IMG/VR virus record: IMGVR_UViG_3300019935_000001
Span: 1-36,144 of that record
Length of the DNA: 36,144 nt
Direction: 5' to 3' (one strand)
DNA from: a virus
Taxonomy: Duplodnaviria; Heunggongvirae; Uroviricota; Caudoviricetes
Of this stretch, positions 1-9,197 are shown piece by piece. How positions within the stretch are numbered: the first letter of the stretch is position 1; each line of letters starts with the position of its first letter. The notes beneath the pieces were generated by a model, which was not told where the DNA came from, did no database searches, and worked only from the letters and a program-made list of their open reading frames with translations. The translations under genes were made by a program, and so were the position numbers.

Positions 1-90
1 CACTCCGGAGTGAAGTTTTAACCCTCTAAAATCAGTCAGTTAGCAAGCTAATTGGCAGATGAATGCCGGATGATTCTTCGCTCCATTTTA

Positions 91-108
91 TATGTCAGAA
101 CTGACTTA
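91..108. promoter_or_regulatory. Palindromic operator-like site TATGTCAG-AA-CTGACTTA
   Basis: 1 mismatch to TAAGTMAG-NN-CTKACTTA; upstream of terS. Confidence 0.7.
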
Positions 109-174
109 CTTTAGCGGTCCGGGGATGCTCCGGGGTGCCGCTTCTGAACATTTTTTAATCACCGAGGATGCGGC

Positions 175-846
175 ATGAGCCACCCGAAACAAACAACCAC
201 GAAGCGGATGTCACCGTCTGACTACGACAAAGCAAAAAGCATGTGGGCGAGCGGCCGGTTCCGCCTGCAGGACATTTCCGAAAAGTTCGATGTATCGATC
301 ACGGCCCTGACCAAGCGGTTCAAGAAAGACGGCATAAAAAAGGGCCAGGACAGTGATAAGCACCAGAAAGCCATCGACCAGGCCATGGAAAACTCCTTGG
401 TATCCGAGGCCGAAGACACTGCAAAGCTGATCCGCGAGCGGAAAGAGAACGTCCTGCGAGTCAGCGAACAGCTGGAGAAGCGTGCACTGTTCGTCATCGC
501 CAAGGCGACAAAGGAAGAGATGCCGCTGGCAGCCGTTCATGGCGACATCAAAACCCTGCTGGATGCCCAGAAGCTGATCTCCAACGGTTACGACATTGCC
601 TCCCGCGTATTGGGCATTGAGCGTCTGGAAGATCAGGACAAGCCGCTGCCAACCCTGCAGATCCAGGAAATGACGGCTGAGGACATCGCAGAGATTCGTG
701 ATGCTCAAAACCAGCAGCTGGCGGATCTGATCGAAGGTGACTTTGACCAGCTCAATAGCGAAGAGATCGTAATTGCCGAGGCCGAGCCGGACGATGATCG
801 CTACTCGCCTGCCCCTGCCCCACAGGGAGAGGAGGACATGAGCTGA
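175..846 (+). CDS. terS: Terminase small subunit
   Basis: N-terminal HTH-like segment (AKSMWASGRFRLQDISEKFDVSITALTKRFKK), coiled-coil middle, acidic tail; TGATG-coupled directly to the large terminase. Confidence 0.8.
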   Translation: MSHPKQTTTKRMSPSDYDKAKSMWASGRFRLQDISEKFDVSITALTKRFKKDGIKKGQDSDKHQKAIDQAMENSLVSEAEDTAKLIRERKENVLRVSEQLEKRALFVIAKATKEEMPLAAVHGDIKTLLDAQKLISNGYDIASRVLGIERLEDQDKPLPTLQIQEMTAEDIAEIRDAQNQQLADLIEGDFDQLNSEEIVIAEAEPDDDRYSPAPAPQGEEDMS

Positions 847-2120
847 TGGTTTCTGGTGCAGCAGTGCCGATGGGCAACCAGCCGAAGCTCATGATGCACC
901 CAGATCAGGCGGCGGTGTTTCGTGATAAGCACCGCTTCAAGGTAGTGACGGCCGGTCGCCGCTGGGGAAAGACTCAGCTGGCAAAGACCTCTATCGTTGC
1001 CCGTGCAATCATGCCTCGCCGCAAGATCTGGTATGTGGCGCCAACGTATCGCCAGGCAAAGATGATCATGTGGGAAGAGATCAAGCAGGCGATCCCAAAG
1101 CGCTGGCTTGAAAAGGTTCACGAAACCGATCTCACAATCACCCTGGTCAACGGCACAATCATCGCGTGTAAGGGCGCGGACAAGCCGGATACTCTGCGTG
1201 GTGCCGGCCTTCACTTTCTGGTTCTCGACGAGTTCCAGGACTTTAAGCCTGACACCTGGGAGAAGGTTCTTCGACCGACTCTGGCCTCGACCATGGGTGA
1301 TGCGCTGTTCATCGGCACCCCAAAGGGTTACGCGAATCTGTATGAGGTGCACGTAAATGGCAGCGACGATCACGGCAAGCGCAAGAAGGCGTGGAAGTCC
1401 TGGCAGTTCCCTACCCTGTCATCCCCATTCATCCCAGAATCGGAGATCGAGCAGGCAAAGGAAGATATGGACCCCAAGTCCTTCCGACAGGAGTTTGAAG
1501 CCAGTTTTGAAACGATGTCGGGCCGGGTGTACCACCAGTTCGAGCGCCACACCCATGTGGGTAGCTTCCCGTTCAACCCCAAGCTGCCAATCTGGGTGGG
1601 TCAGGACTTCAACGTCGATCCAATGTCCACCGTGATCATGCAGCCGCAGACGAACGGCGAGGTCTGGGTGGTAGATGAAATCTTTCTCCACAACTCGAAC
1701 ACCCAAGAGGTGTGTGACGAGATCGAGCGCCGGTACTGGCGAAACATGGGCGGCAAGCAGATCGTCGTGTACCCCGACCCTGCAGGTGGAAACCGCAGCT
1801 CTGCCCGTGGCGAATCGGATCTCGACGTATTCCGGGAAAAGGGCCTGAAGCGGATCAAATACCGCCGGAAACACCCACCGGTGGCAGACCGTGTGAATGC
1901 CGTAAACCGGATGCTATGTGATGCCGCTGGTAACGTCCGGATGCGCGTTGATAAGAGCTGTCGAAACCTGATCACATCGCTTGAGCAGACCCTTTACAAG
2001 GAAGGCGGGCGCGAAGTTGATAAGTCGGCAGGTGCCGAGCACATGGCCGATGCCCTGGGTTACTGCATCGAGTTAGAGTTCCCAACCCGCCAGGTTCAGG
2101 TGGCTGGGCGCAATCTATAA
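846..2120 (+). CDS. terL: Terminase large subunit
   Basis: Walker A TAGRRWGKT, Walker B FLVLDEFQ, coupling motif IGTPKG, RNase H-like nuclease motifs GQDFNVDP / YPDPAG / HMADALGY. Confidence 0.96.
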   Translation: MVSGAAVPMGNQPKLMMHPDQAAVFRDKHRFKVVTAGRRWGKTQLAKTSIVARAIMPRRKIWYVAPTYRQAKMIMWEEIKQAIPKRWLEKVHETDLTITLVNGTIIACKGADKPDTLRGAGLHFLVLDEFQDFKPDTWEKVLRPTLASTMGDALFIGTPKGYANLYEVHVNGSDDHGKRKKAWKSWQFPTLSSPFIPESEIEQAKEDMDPKSFRQEFEASFETMSGRVYHQFERHTHVGSFPFNPKLPIWVGQDFNVDPMSTVIMQPQTNGEVWVVDEIFLHNSNTQEVCDEIERRYWRNMGGKQIVVYPDPAGGNRSSARGESDLDVFREKGLKRIKYRRKHPPVADRVNAVNRMLCDAAGNVRMRVDKSCRNLITSLEQTLYKEGGREVDKSAGAEHMADALGYCIELEFPTRQVQVAGRNL

Positions 2121-2127
2121 GCAAAAA

Positions 2128-2145
2128 ATAGTCAAGACTTACTTG
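2128..2145. promoter_or_regulatory. Degenerate operator-like site ATAGTCAA-GA-CTTACTTG
   Basis: 4 mismatches; left flank of the terL-portal hairpin. Confidence 0.4.
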
Positions 2146-2171
2146 CAACCCCCCGTATGGCGGGGGTTGCA
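2144..2171. terminator. GC-rich stem-loop between terL and portal (no U-tract)
   Basis: TGCAACCCCC (2144-2153) pairs with GGGGGTTGCA (2162-2171). Confidence 0.45.
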
Positions 2172-2175
2172 TTAG

Positions 2176-2193
2176 TAAGTAAGTCCTGATTTA
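2176..2193. promoter_or_regulatory. Palindromic operator-like site TAAGTAAG-TC-CTGATTTA
   Basis: 1 mismatch; upstream of portal; overlaps TACTAT (2192-2197), a -10-like hexamer. Confidence 0.75.
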
Positions 2194-2224
2194 CTATCGC
2201 GCAAATCCACTGATTTGGCTGTTC

Positions 2225-3790
2225 ATGGACTCAAAGAAACTCTCGAAGCTGATCCAGCGCCGTCACCCGCAGTACAAAACTCTGCTGGGGCATTGGCAGT
2301 TCCTGGAGGCAACCTACTACGGTGGCCGCGGCTGGTTCTCAGAAAACATCTTCCAATACTACAAGGAAGGTAAAGATGAGTACGCAAACCGCGTAGCCCG
2401 TGCGTACCGCTTCAATCACACCCGCGAAGTCGTTGACCTGGTGAACAAGTACCTGTTCCGGGCCAAACCTGCTCGCCGTGAGAGTGCTCCTGAGTCCGTG
2501 AAACGCTTCTGGGAAAAGGCAACCATCTCTGGACTATCGATTGACGAGCTGATGCGTACCGCATCTATTAAATCGTCAATCTTTGGGCGCCCATGGATCG
2601 TTGTAGATTCCTCTGTTCAGGACAATGAGGGTGAACGATCGGTTGCAGATGACCAGGCCGGAGACGGCCGCATCTACGCATACCTGGTGAAGCCGGAAAA
2701 CGTCCTGGATATGTCCTACGACGATCAGGGCAACCTGAACTGGATTCTGATCCGCGAGCAGTTCCGGGATGATGAAGATCCGTTTGAAGATGATGGCTTT
2801 GTTAGCCACCGATACCGCCTATGGACTCGCTCAGATTGGTTCCTGATCACGCATACAGACCGTAAGCGAAAGGCGGTTGAGATTGCAGGTCAAGGCTCCC
2901 ATGACCTGGGCGAAGTACCAGCGATCCCGGTTGATAACCAGATTGGCGACGACAACTACGATTCCCCTGCTCTGATTGCAGACATCGCATACCTGGATCG
3001 TGCGTGCGCCAACTACGCCAGTAACCTGGATGCGATCATCCAGGATCAAACCTTTTCCCAGTTAGCGATGCCAGCTCAGGGGGTGCTACCCGGAGATGAG
3101 GCCCACGACAAGATGCTTGAAGTGGGTACCAAACGTGTTTTCACGTTTGATGGCGAAGGCGGTAAGCCTGAGTTCCTGTCCCCTGACCCACGCCAGGCCC
3201 AGCTGATCATTGAAGCGATCCAGCAGATCATCAATGAGATCTACCACAGCGTTGGCCTGGCAGGTGAGCGCACTAAGGCCGACAACTCGAAAGGTATCGA
3301 TAACTCTTCTGGCGTGGCCAAGAGCAAGGACTTTGAGCGAGTGAATGCTCTCCTTGTCTCAAAGGCTGACAGCCTGGAGCGTGTCGAAAATCGCCTTGTG
3401 CATCTCGTTTCTCTGTGGGCCGGTGAAGCGCCACCTGAGCACGATCTGGTTTCCTATTCGGAGGACTTCGACGTTCGTGAGCTGTACGACGAGTTTTACA
3501 TTGCCATGCAGCTGTCCCTGATCGACACCCCAGATGGTGTGCGCCGGGAGCAGATGAAGAAGGTAGTGGACAAGCTGTTCCCTCACATCGCCGAAGACAA
3601 GCGCAAACAGATGTTGGATGAAATCGAGAATTGGCAGTTCGCAAGTGATCGCGCAGCTGCCGATGCCGAATCCAACGTCAAATCCAAAGTTCAAGAGGAG
3701 GCGAGGCGTGACCGTGATGCCGCTGGAAACAAGCAGGCACGCACGAAGGAGCTGACCTCTGACTCACAAACCCCTGCTTTGACCGAGTGA
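2225..3790 (+). CDS. Portal protein
   Basis: 521 aa between terL and scaffold/capsid; SPP1-like portal features (R..R...NHTREVVD, PENVLD, HDLGEVPAIP, SGVAK). Confidence 0.9.
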   Translation: MDSKKLSKLIQRRHPQYKTLLGHWQFLEATYYGGRGWFSENIFQYYKEGKDEYANRVARAYRFNHTREVVDLVNKYLFRAKPARRESAPESVKRFWEKATISGLSIDELMRTASIKSSIFGRPWIVVDSSVQDNEGERSVADDQAGDGRIYAYLVKPENVLDMSYDDQGNLNWILIREQFRDDEDPFEDDGFVSHRYRLWTRSDWFLITHTDRKRKAVEIAGQGSHDLGEVPAIPVDNQIGDDNYDSPALIADIAYLDRACANYASNLDAIIQDQTFSQLAMPAQGVLPGDEAHDKMLEVGTKRVFTFDGEGGKPEFLSPDPRQAQLIIEAIQQIINEIYHSVGLAGERTKADNSKGIDNSSGVAKSKDFERVNALLVSKADSLERVENRLVHLVSLWAGEAPPEHDLVSYSEDFDVRELYDEFYIAMQLSLIDTPDGVRREQMKKVVDKLFPHIAEDKRKQMLDEIENWQFASDRAAADAESNVKSKVQEEARRDRDAAGNKQARTKELTSDSQTPALTE

Positions 3791-3809
3791 CCGGTCAGGA
3801 GAAGAAGTA

Positions 3810-4709
3810 ATGCCACGTTCACTGTTTTTGCAAAATCAGGCCGCTCTGGCCGGTCGTATGTACATGGCCCCAGCGGGTGACCACGGTTCCGAAGATGGAG
3901 CAGGTGGCACCGGTGCGGGCGAATCCGGAGAAGGTTCCGAAGAAGGCGATGAACAGGGCGATGCTGATGCTGATGCCGATGCTGGCTCTGACGAAGACGC
4001 TGACGGCGATGAAGGCAACAAGCTGTCCGACAGCGAAGCCCGCCTTCTGAAGGACATGATGAAGAGCAAAAACCGTGCGAAGGCCGCCGAAGAAGAAGCT
4101 GGCAGCCTGAAGCAGCAGCTCGAAGCTCTGACCGAATCTTTGGGCGGCAAATCCCCTGAAGACATTGCAGCTCTGCTGTCTGCCGAGCAGGAAAGCGAGC
4201 GCAAAAAGCTGGAAGAGAAAGGCGAGTACAACCGTATCGTCGATCAGATGGCTGAAGAGAACAAATCCATCGTGGACGACCTGAACGTCACCATCGACCA
4301 GCAGAAAACCGAGATTGTCAGCCTGCACGCTCAGATCGAAGAGCTGACAGTCGGCCGTGCCTTCAGCGATTCCCAGTTTGTATCCGATGACCTGACATTG
4401 CCAATGTCTATCACTCGCAAGGAGTTTGGTACTCACTTCGAGCTGGTTGACGGCCAGGTGGTCGGTTTCGATAAGCCACGCGGTTCAAGCGACAGAACTC
4501 CGCTGGTTGATAACCAGGGCGCAAACCTGAGCTTTGATCAGGCTATCGCCCGCCTCGTCAAGGGCCACCCGGAAGCTACCCGACTGCTGCGCAGTAAGGC
4601 AAAGCCAGGCGCTAAGTCCACTTCTCAAGAGAAGCCGGGCATGAAGTCTGACCAGTCTGCAGTGAGCGGCCAGTCCCGTATCGAGCGTGCCCTGAACGGC
4701 AAAAAGTAA
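3810..4709 (+). CDS. Capsid scaffolding protein
   Basis: Acidic Gly-rich linker then long coiled coil (EQESERKKLEEKGEY); immediately upstream of the major capsid gene. Confidence 0.8.
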   Translation: MPRSLFLQNQAALAGRMYMAPAGDHGSEDGAGGTGAGESGEGSEEGDEQGDADADADAGSDEDADGDEGNKLSDSEARLLKDMMKSKNRAKAAEEEAGSLKQQLEALTESLGGKSPEDIAALLSAEQESERKKLEEKGEYNRIVDQMAEENKSIVDDLNVTIDQQKTEIVSLHAQIEELTVGRAFSDSQFVSDDLTLPMSITRKEFGTHFELVDGQVVGFDKPRGSSDRTPLVDNQGANLSFDQAIARLVKGHPEATRLLRSKAKPGAKSTSQEKPGMKSDQSAVSGQSRIERALNGKK

Positions 4710-4734
4710 CTCCGGTTATTTTTACCCAGATAAG

Positions 4735-4752
4735 TAAGTAAGACCTTACTTA
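4735..4752. promoter_or_regulatory. Palindromic operator-like site TAAGTAAG-AC-CTTACTTA
   Basis: Perfect consensus; upstream of major capsid; overlaps TATATT. Confidence 0.8.
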
Positions 4753-4778
4753 TATTTTGTACTTAGGAGAAGTAAATA

Positions 4779-5684
4779 ATGCCACTTTTGCGTACTGTCG
4801 CAGAGAACCTGTCTAACAACGACCTGGTTGCAGGTGTAGTTGAAGAAGTAATCGACCGCGACTCGCTGTTCGCCCTGCTGCCGTTTACTAAAACGACTGG
4901 CAAGGCTTACGTGTACAACCGTGAAGGCACCCTGTCTGAAGGCCAGTTCATTGATGTGAACGCGACCGTTCCAGAAGGCGCGAGCACAGTTGTTGAAGTA
5001 ACCACTAAGCTGCGCGTCCTGGCCGGTGATGTGGACGTTGACAAGTTCCTGTCTGAAACCATGGATGACACCAATGCACAGAAGGCGATCCAGATCGCAA
5101 TGAAGGCAAAAGGTCTGGGCCGTGCATTCCGCCGTGCTCTGATCAATGGTGATTCTACGTCCAACGCCCTGGAGTTCGACGGCATCGACAAGCTGGTAAA
5201 AGACACCAGTAACGAGCTGGTTGTGGGTGCTAACGGTGCTGCCCTGTCTCTGTCCCACCTGGACGAGCTGCGCGACATGGTTCCAAACACACCAGATGCG
5301 TACATGATGCGCTCCGGTACTTTCCGTGCCCTGAAACAGCTGCTGCGTGCCGCTGGCGGTAACACTGCAGAAATGCTGCAGCTGGAGAACTTCGGTAAGC
5401 CAGTTCCAGCGTTCGACGGCGTGCCAATCATCATCAACGACTTCATCCCAGGTGACGTTGATCAGGGTTCCGCAACCGACACCTGCTCTATCTACGCCCT
5501 GCGCCTGAACGAAGTTGACGGCCTGCACGGCCTGTACGGTGGTGACACTGCAGGTATCCGTGTTGAAGACCTGGGCACAGTTCAGGACAAAGATGCTACT
5601 CGTACTCGCCTGAAGTGGTACGTGGGTCTGGCTCTGAAGAGTACTCAGTCCCTGGCTGCTCTGCGCGGTGTAACTAACGTGTGA
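4779..5684 (+). CDS. Major capsid protein (HK97 fold; SSU5-like)
   Basis: 301 aa, AGGAG SD, strongly biased high-expression codons, followed by a terminator. Motifs LSNNDL.GV.E..IDRD.LFA.LPF, LAGDVDVDKF, FDG.PII.NDFIP and KDA.RTR.KWY recalled from SSU5-type capsid proteins. Confidence 0.92.
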   Translation: MPLLRTVAENLSNNDLVAGVVEEVIDRDSLFALLPFTKTTGKAYVYNREGTLSEGQFIDVNATVPEGASTVVEVTTKLRVLAGDVDVDKFLSETMDDTNAQKAIQIAMKAKGLGRAFRRALINGDSTSNALEFDGIDKLVKDTSNELVVGANGAALSLSHLDELRDMVPNTPDAYMMRSGTFRALKQLLRAAGGNTAEMLQLENFGKPVPAFDGVPIIINDFIPGDVDQGSATDTCSIYALRLNEVDGLHGLYGGDTAGIRVEDLGTVQDKDATRTRLKWYVGLALKSTQSLAALRGVTNV

Positions 5685-5689
5685 TAAAG

Positions 5690-5707
5690 TAAGTAAGAGC
5701 TTACTTT
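5690..5707. promoter_or_regulatory. Palindromic operator-like site TAAGTAAG-AG-CTTACTTT
   Basis: 1 mismatch; between capsid stop and terminator. Confidence 0.75.
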
Positions 5708-5709
5708 TT

Positions 5710-5734
5710 AACGGGGGCTAATGCCCCCGTTTTT
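5710..5734 (+). terminator. Rho-independent terminator after major capsid gene
   Basis: AACGGGGGC-TAAT-GCCCCCGTT followed by a T run. Confidence 0.85.
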
Positions 5735-5750
5735 GTATCTGGAGAAAGAA

Positions 5751-6191
5751 ATGCCACACGTAATTCTGAAAGGTAAAGGCTGGGAAGGCTTCAACGGCCT
5801 ATTTGGCCAGTATGAGTTCAAGGATGGTCGATCTGTTGAGGATCTGCCCACCCTGGAGGCGTCCCGGCTGGCGGCCATTGCCCCAATCGAAACAGAAGAG
5901 GGTCACAACCCTTCCCCATCCCAGCAGCTGATCGATATGCGCGATGTTCGGGCGTCTGACAAGCGAACTACAACCCGGCTTGTACGCGATGCGGAATCAG
6001 AGAAAGCCGCTCAGAAAGCAAATGAGTGCGATTCTGCAGTGCCGACTATCACTCGCGAACAGCTCGAAGCAATCGCAGATAAGCGAGGTATTAACGGCCT
6101 GCGTGAGGTGGCCTCCGAGTACGGTGTGACCTCGAAGTCTATTCAGGGCCTGATCGATGGCATCCTGGCAGTAGCCGAGAGCAAAGCCTGA
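5751..6191 (+). CDS. Putative head-associated protein with C-terminal Rho-N/HeH-like helical domain
   Basis: GGAG SD at 5741-5744 supports ATG 5751 rather than 5721. C-terminal TREQLEAIAD..GINGLREVA..YGV resembles small helical domains often found just after capsid genes. Confidence 0.55.
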   Translation: MPHVILKGKGWEGFNGLFGQYEFKDGRSVEDLPTLEASRLAAIAPIETEEGHNPSPSQQLIDMRDVRASDKRTTTRLVRDAESEKAAQKANECDSAVPTITREQLEAIADKRGINGLREVASEYGVTSKSIQGLIDGILAVAESKA

Positions 6192-6949
6192 TGGAAACCT
6201 TCATTGCCGACCGGGATCTCGATGTAGAGATCCAGTACAGCGACAGCGAAGGCACGGCGATCACTCCGGTTTCGGCTTCGTACTCCCTGATCGACGAGAT
6301 GGGCACGGCAATTCTGGATGGGGTCGTACTGGCCCCATCTGCGCCAACGGAGACGATCACGGTGCTGGGGGTCAACAACGCCTTGCTGCCGTCAGCAGTT
6401 CGCGGCTACCGTGAGCTTACTGTTACCTATGTCGATGATCAGGGCAAGGTTCGCGACTTCAACAAGACCTGGTTGATTGAATCCCGCACGACCCTCAGCC
6501 CGGGCCTGACCAGTTTTGCAACTAACGGGAGCATGATCCTGACGGCGGTGGGCCTGGCAGAGGTCGAGGAGTTCCTGAACGCACCGGTCAAGGAGCAGAT
6601 GGTCAGCCTGCATCAGGCGTACCGCAATATCGCTCAGCTGCCGGTGCTGATCACAATCAACGAGAAGGTCTACACCTCAACTGCAGAACTGGATGCACCC
6701 ACCCTCGCCTCTCTGGGCAGGCTCAACCTGGACACCCTGAAAACTGCGCAAGTTATTGAGGCCAACTTCCTCCTGGGCGGCAACCCAATGGAACAGCGCC
6801 GCAGAGATGGGATTCTGTCCGAGTCCATTGGTGAGGTCAGCCAGTTCTTCCGAACCAGTAAGCCCCTAGTGATGCCGGTGTGTCGAGAAGCCGCCCGAGT
6901 CCTGGGCAAATTTATGGCCCCGAGCGCCAAAACCCTGAGACGCGGGTGA
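6191..6949 (+). CDS. Head-tail adaptor/connector-like virion protein
   Basis: TGATG-coupled; position after capsid; C-terminal AQVIEANFLL...GILSESIGEVSQFF is typical of SPP1 gp15-like adaptors (S.SIG..S..F). Confidence 0.65.
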   Translation: METFIADRDLDVEIQYSDSEGTAITPVSASYSLIDEMGTAILDGVVLAPSAPTETITVLGVNNALLPSAVRGYRELTVTYVDDQGKVRDFNKTWLIESRTTLSPGLTSFATNGSMILTAVGLAEVEEFLNAPVKEQMVSLHQAYRNIAQLPVLITINEKVYTSTAELDAPTLASLGRLNLDTLKTAQVIEANFLLGGNPMEQRRRDGILSESIGEVSQFFRTSKPLVMPVCREAARVLGKFMAPSAKTLRRG

Positions 6950-6966
6950 TTGCCTGCGCTCTTTAG

Positions 6967-6984
6967 TAAGTAAGCTCTTACTTT
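6967..6984. promoter_or_regulatory. Palindromic operator-like site TAAGTAAG-CT-CTTACTTT
   Basis: 1 mismatch; upstream of the neck/tail genes. Confidence 0.75.
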
Positions 6985-7012
6985 TGTTTGTAGCTATTGG
7001 TAACATTGCGAT

Positions 7013-7372
7013 ATGACTACGTTTCGATCCACGGAGAAGGCCACTTTGTCGGAGCTGACCGGCTATGACTGGCAGGGCCAGCCCGAGTACGGCACCGAAA
7101 AAGAGGTTCGCTGTTCAGTCATTTACTTTCAGATCGGCCAAGCGGATACATCTATCCGAGCTGACCGATCTGAAACTAAGGGTCGTGCAGAAGAGGCATA
7201 CGGGAAGATCCGCATCCTGGTTGAGCCGAGGGCCAGCATCCAGGCCGGTCAACGGATGAAGCTGGATGGGGAAACTCTGCGGGTGCTGACTGTTTTCCCT
7301 CGCCATGGCCTTGGCGGAAAACTGCATCACTACCAGGTGGACTTAGAAGTATGGCCAGACGAGCAAGAATAG
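7013..7372 (+). CDS. Head closure (stopper) protein
   Basis: 119 aa beta-rich; YG.P.YG start and G.LHHYQVDL end; neck-module position. Confidence 0.65.
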   Translation: MTTFRSTEKATLSELTGYDWQGQPEYGTEKEVRCSVIYFQIGQADTSIRADRSETKGRAEEAYGKIRILVEPRASIQAGQRMKLDGETLRVLTVFPRHGLGGKLHHYQVDLEVWPDEQE

Positions 7373-7863
7373 GCGCGACTTTCAAAGAGAACACCACGGT
7401 GAACCTGGCGCGACTCAACAAAGAGTGCCAGGCCAACCTGTTGGGTGTACTCAAAAAGTCAGCCTACGAACTGCGTGACCTGGCTCGGAGGAACGCGCCG
7501 GTCGATACCGGGGCCACTGAGGACGCCATCGTTGTAGAGGAGCCTCGCCGCAACGGCATCAATGGTGCCTACACATTCAATGTGGGTGTCAATCGCGAAC
7601 TGCACGAGCGACTCGCTTCCGAGCGAAAAATAAACTGGAAGCCACACCCGTACTTTGATGCGTGGCTGCACGAATCGGACTACGAGCTGGGTGAAAAGTC
7701 GAAAGAGAAAAACCGCAGGGTTCGACGGGAAGACCGCAGAGCCCGGGTAGGCAACAAGTTTCTGGAGCGTGCTTCCAACAGCTTGAAACCAAAAATCAGT
7801 CGAGAGGCCAACCGGGTGGCCAAACGCGCCATTGAGCGAAGAAAGGCCGGAGGAACGAAGTGA
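7351..7863 (+). CDS. HK97 gp10-like tail completion protein
   Basis: A...ARRNAPVDTGA.E.AI and GNKFLERA motifs; basic C-terminus. Confidence 0.75.
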   Translation: MARRARIGATFKENTTVNLARLNKECQANLLGVLKKSAYELRDLARRNAPVDTGATEDAIVVEEPRRNGINGAYTFNVGVNRELHERLASERKINWKPHPYFDAWLHESDYELGEKSKEKNRRVRREDRRARVGNKFLERASNSLKPKISREANRVAKRAIERRKAGGTK

Positions 7864-8249
7864 ATCTCGAACCGCTGGTTGATTACCTGGCTGCGCAGGG
7901 GATCGGCATCAAAGGGCAGACGTTGTTTGCTCAGGCGATGCCAGCCCGGGTGAAGTCTGGCGTATTAATTGTGACCAACTCCCCTATCGAGATACACCCG
8001 TATCAGCGCGGAAGACTGGACGGCACTTTTCAGGTGATCGTCCGGGGCAGCAGGTACGACCAGATTCATGACCTGGCCAGTCGGGTGCAGAATCTGTTTT
8101 ACGTTGAAGGGTTGGTTCTGGAGCAGATGCGCTTCCAGGTGATTCGTCCGCTACATCAACCCCTGATTTATCCACGCGCTGAAGGCGGCCAGCTGGAAGC
8201 GTCAGTCAATTTCAATTTCACATACGTTGATGAAGGAGTAACCCCCTAA
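7860..8249 (+). CDS. Tail terminator protein
   Basis: GTG start overlapping the upstream stop; FQVIVRG..Y..I..LA..V pattern; directly before tail tube. Confidence 0.7.
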   Translation: MNLEPLVDYLAAQGIGIKGQTLFAQAMPARVKSGVLIVTNSPIEIHPYQRGRLDGTFQVIVRGSRYDQIHDLASRVQNLFYVEGLVLEQMRFQVIRPLHQPLIYPRAEGGQLEASVNFNFTYVDEGVTP

Positions 8250-8776
8250 TGGGAGCTGAAAACATCAGTCTGGGCACCTGCAAGATTTCATACGATGGCG
8301 CTGATCTGGGCCTGACTGCAGGTGGTGTAGAGGTAGAGGTGACCACTTCTACTCACGAAACAAAAGTCGATCAGCTGGGCGAGTCCGTTGTTGATGAGTT
8401 CGTGACTGGCCGAAACGTGACAGTGCGAGCACCACTGGCCGAAACCACCATCGACAACCTGGTTAAGATCATGCCTGGCGCGTCCAAGGTGGTTGATAAC
8501 GTCGATGCAAACAAGATCCGTGTCGATGTAACGACTGGCATCGGTACATCCCTGCGTGACAATGCGAAAGAGTTGATCCTGCACCCGATTGCGTTGCCGG
8601 ACTCTGACGTTAGCGAGGACTTCATTGTTCCTCTGGCCGGTGTAGCTGGCGCCCTGAACTTTGCCTACAAGCTGGATCAGGAGCGTATCTACAACGCCGA
8701 GTTCAAAGGCTACCCGGATGAATCAAAAGCAGGCCTGATCTTCCAGATCGGCGACAAAACTGCGACCCCTGCTTAA
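8249..8776 (+). CDS. Major tail tube protein
   Basis: 175 aa; LG.C.I.YDG.DLG.T.GGVEVE...KVDQLG and ERIYNAEFKGYPD; followed by a hairpin and tail chaperones. Confidence 0.85.
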   Translation: MGAENISLGTCKISYDGADLGLTAGGVEVEVTTSTHETKVDQLGESVVDEFVTGRNVTVRAPLAETTIDNLVKIMPGASKVVDNVDANKIRVDVTTGIGTSLRDNAKELILHPIALPDSDVSEDFIVPLAGVAGALNFAYKLDQERIYNAEFKGYPDESKAGLIFQIGDKTATPA

Positions 8777-8788
8777 CGGCCCTTTAGC

Positions 8789-8806
8789 TAAGTAATATCT
8801 GACTTA
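8789..8806. promoter_or_regulatory. Palindromic operator-like site TAAGTAAT-AT-CTGACTTA
   Basis: 1 mismatch; after tail tube gene. Confidence 0.75.
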
Positions 8807-8808
8807 TA

Positions 8809-8830
8809 AAAGGCCCGCCACAGGGCCTTT
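8809..8830. terminator. Hairpin terminator/attenuator after tail tube gene
   Basis: AAAGGCCC-GCCACA-GGGCCTTT; short T tract on +, TTTT on the minus strand. Confidence 0.6.
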
Positions 8831-8852
8831 CATACACACAAGAGGCAACAAA

Positions 8853-9197
8853 ATGACCATGGAACTGCTGAATCTCGACGAACTGGTATCCGCTAAACGC
8901 ACCGTGACGATCCACGGCACCGACTACACCCTTGCCAGCCAGACCCTCGACCAGATGCTGAATGCCATTCAGGCAACCAAAGCAGCGGAAGAGGCAGGCA
9001 CAGAAGGCTCCCCAGAGGACGTTCTGAAGAGCATGAAAAGCACCTGCATGTCACTGCTGCCGGATTGCCCAGAAGAGGAAATCGGTCGCCTGAGTATGCG
9101 CCAGATGACCGCCCTGATTGAGTTCGCTTCCCAGAGCGATCAGGAGGTGGAAGACGCCGTTTCTGGTGATGCCGCCGAGGGCACAACGGGAAAGTAA
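8853..9197 (+). CDS. Tail assembly chaperone (lambda gpG-like)
   Basis: Between tail tube and tape measure; ends in G GGA AAG TAA slippery site. Confidence 0.85.
   Translation: MTMELLNLDELVSAKRTVTIHGTDYTLASQTLDQMLNAIQATKAAEEAGTEGSPEDVLKSMKSTCMSLLPDCPEEEIGRLSMRQMTALIEFASQSDQEVEDAVSGDAAEGTTGK
9188..9194 (+). other. -1 programmed frameshift slippery heptamer GGGAAAG
   Basis: G GGA AAG in the gpG-like frame, immediately before its stop codon. Confidence 0.88.

Noticed and set aside
3960-3983. GATGCT tandem repeat
   Set aside because: Encodes the DADADADA acidic linker of the scaffold; ordinary coding low complexity.
4707-4722. Hairpin TAAC-TCCG-GTTA plus T run after the scaffold gene
   Set aside because: A 4-bp, mostly AT stem is too weak to call a terminator.
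5721-5750. ORF-track start at 5721
   Set aside because: This ATG lies in the loop/stem of the capsid terminator; GGAG at 5741-5744 supports ATG 5751.
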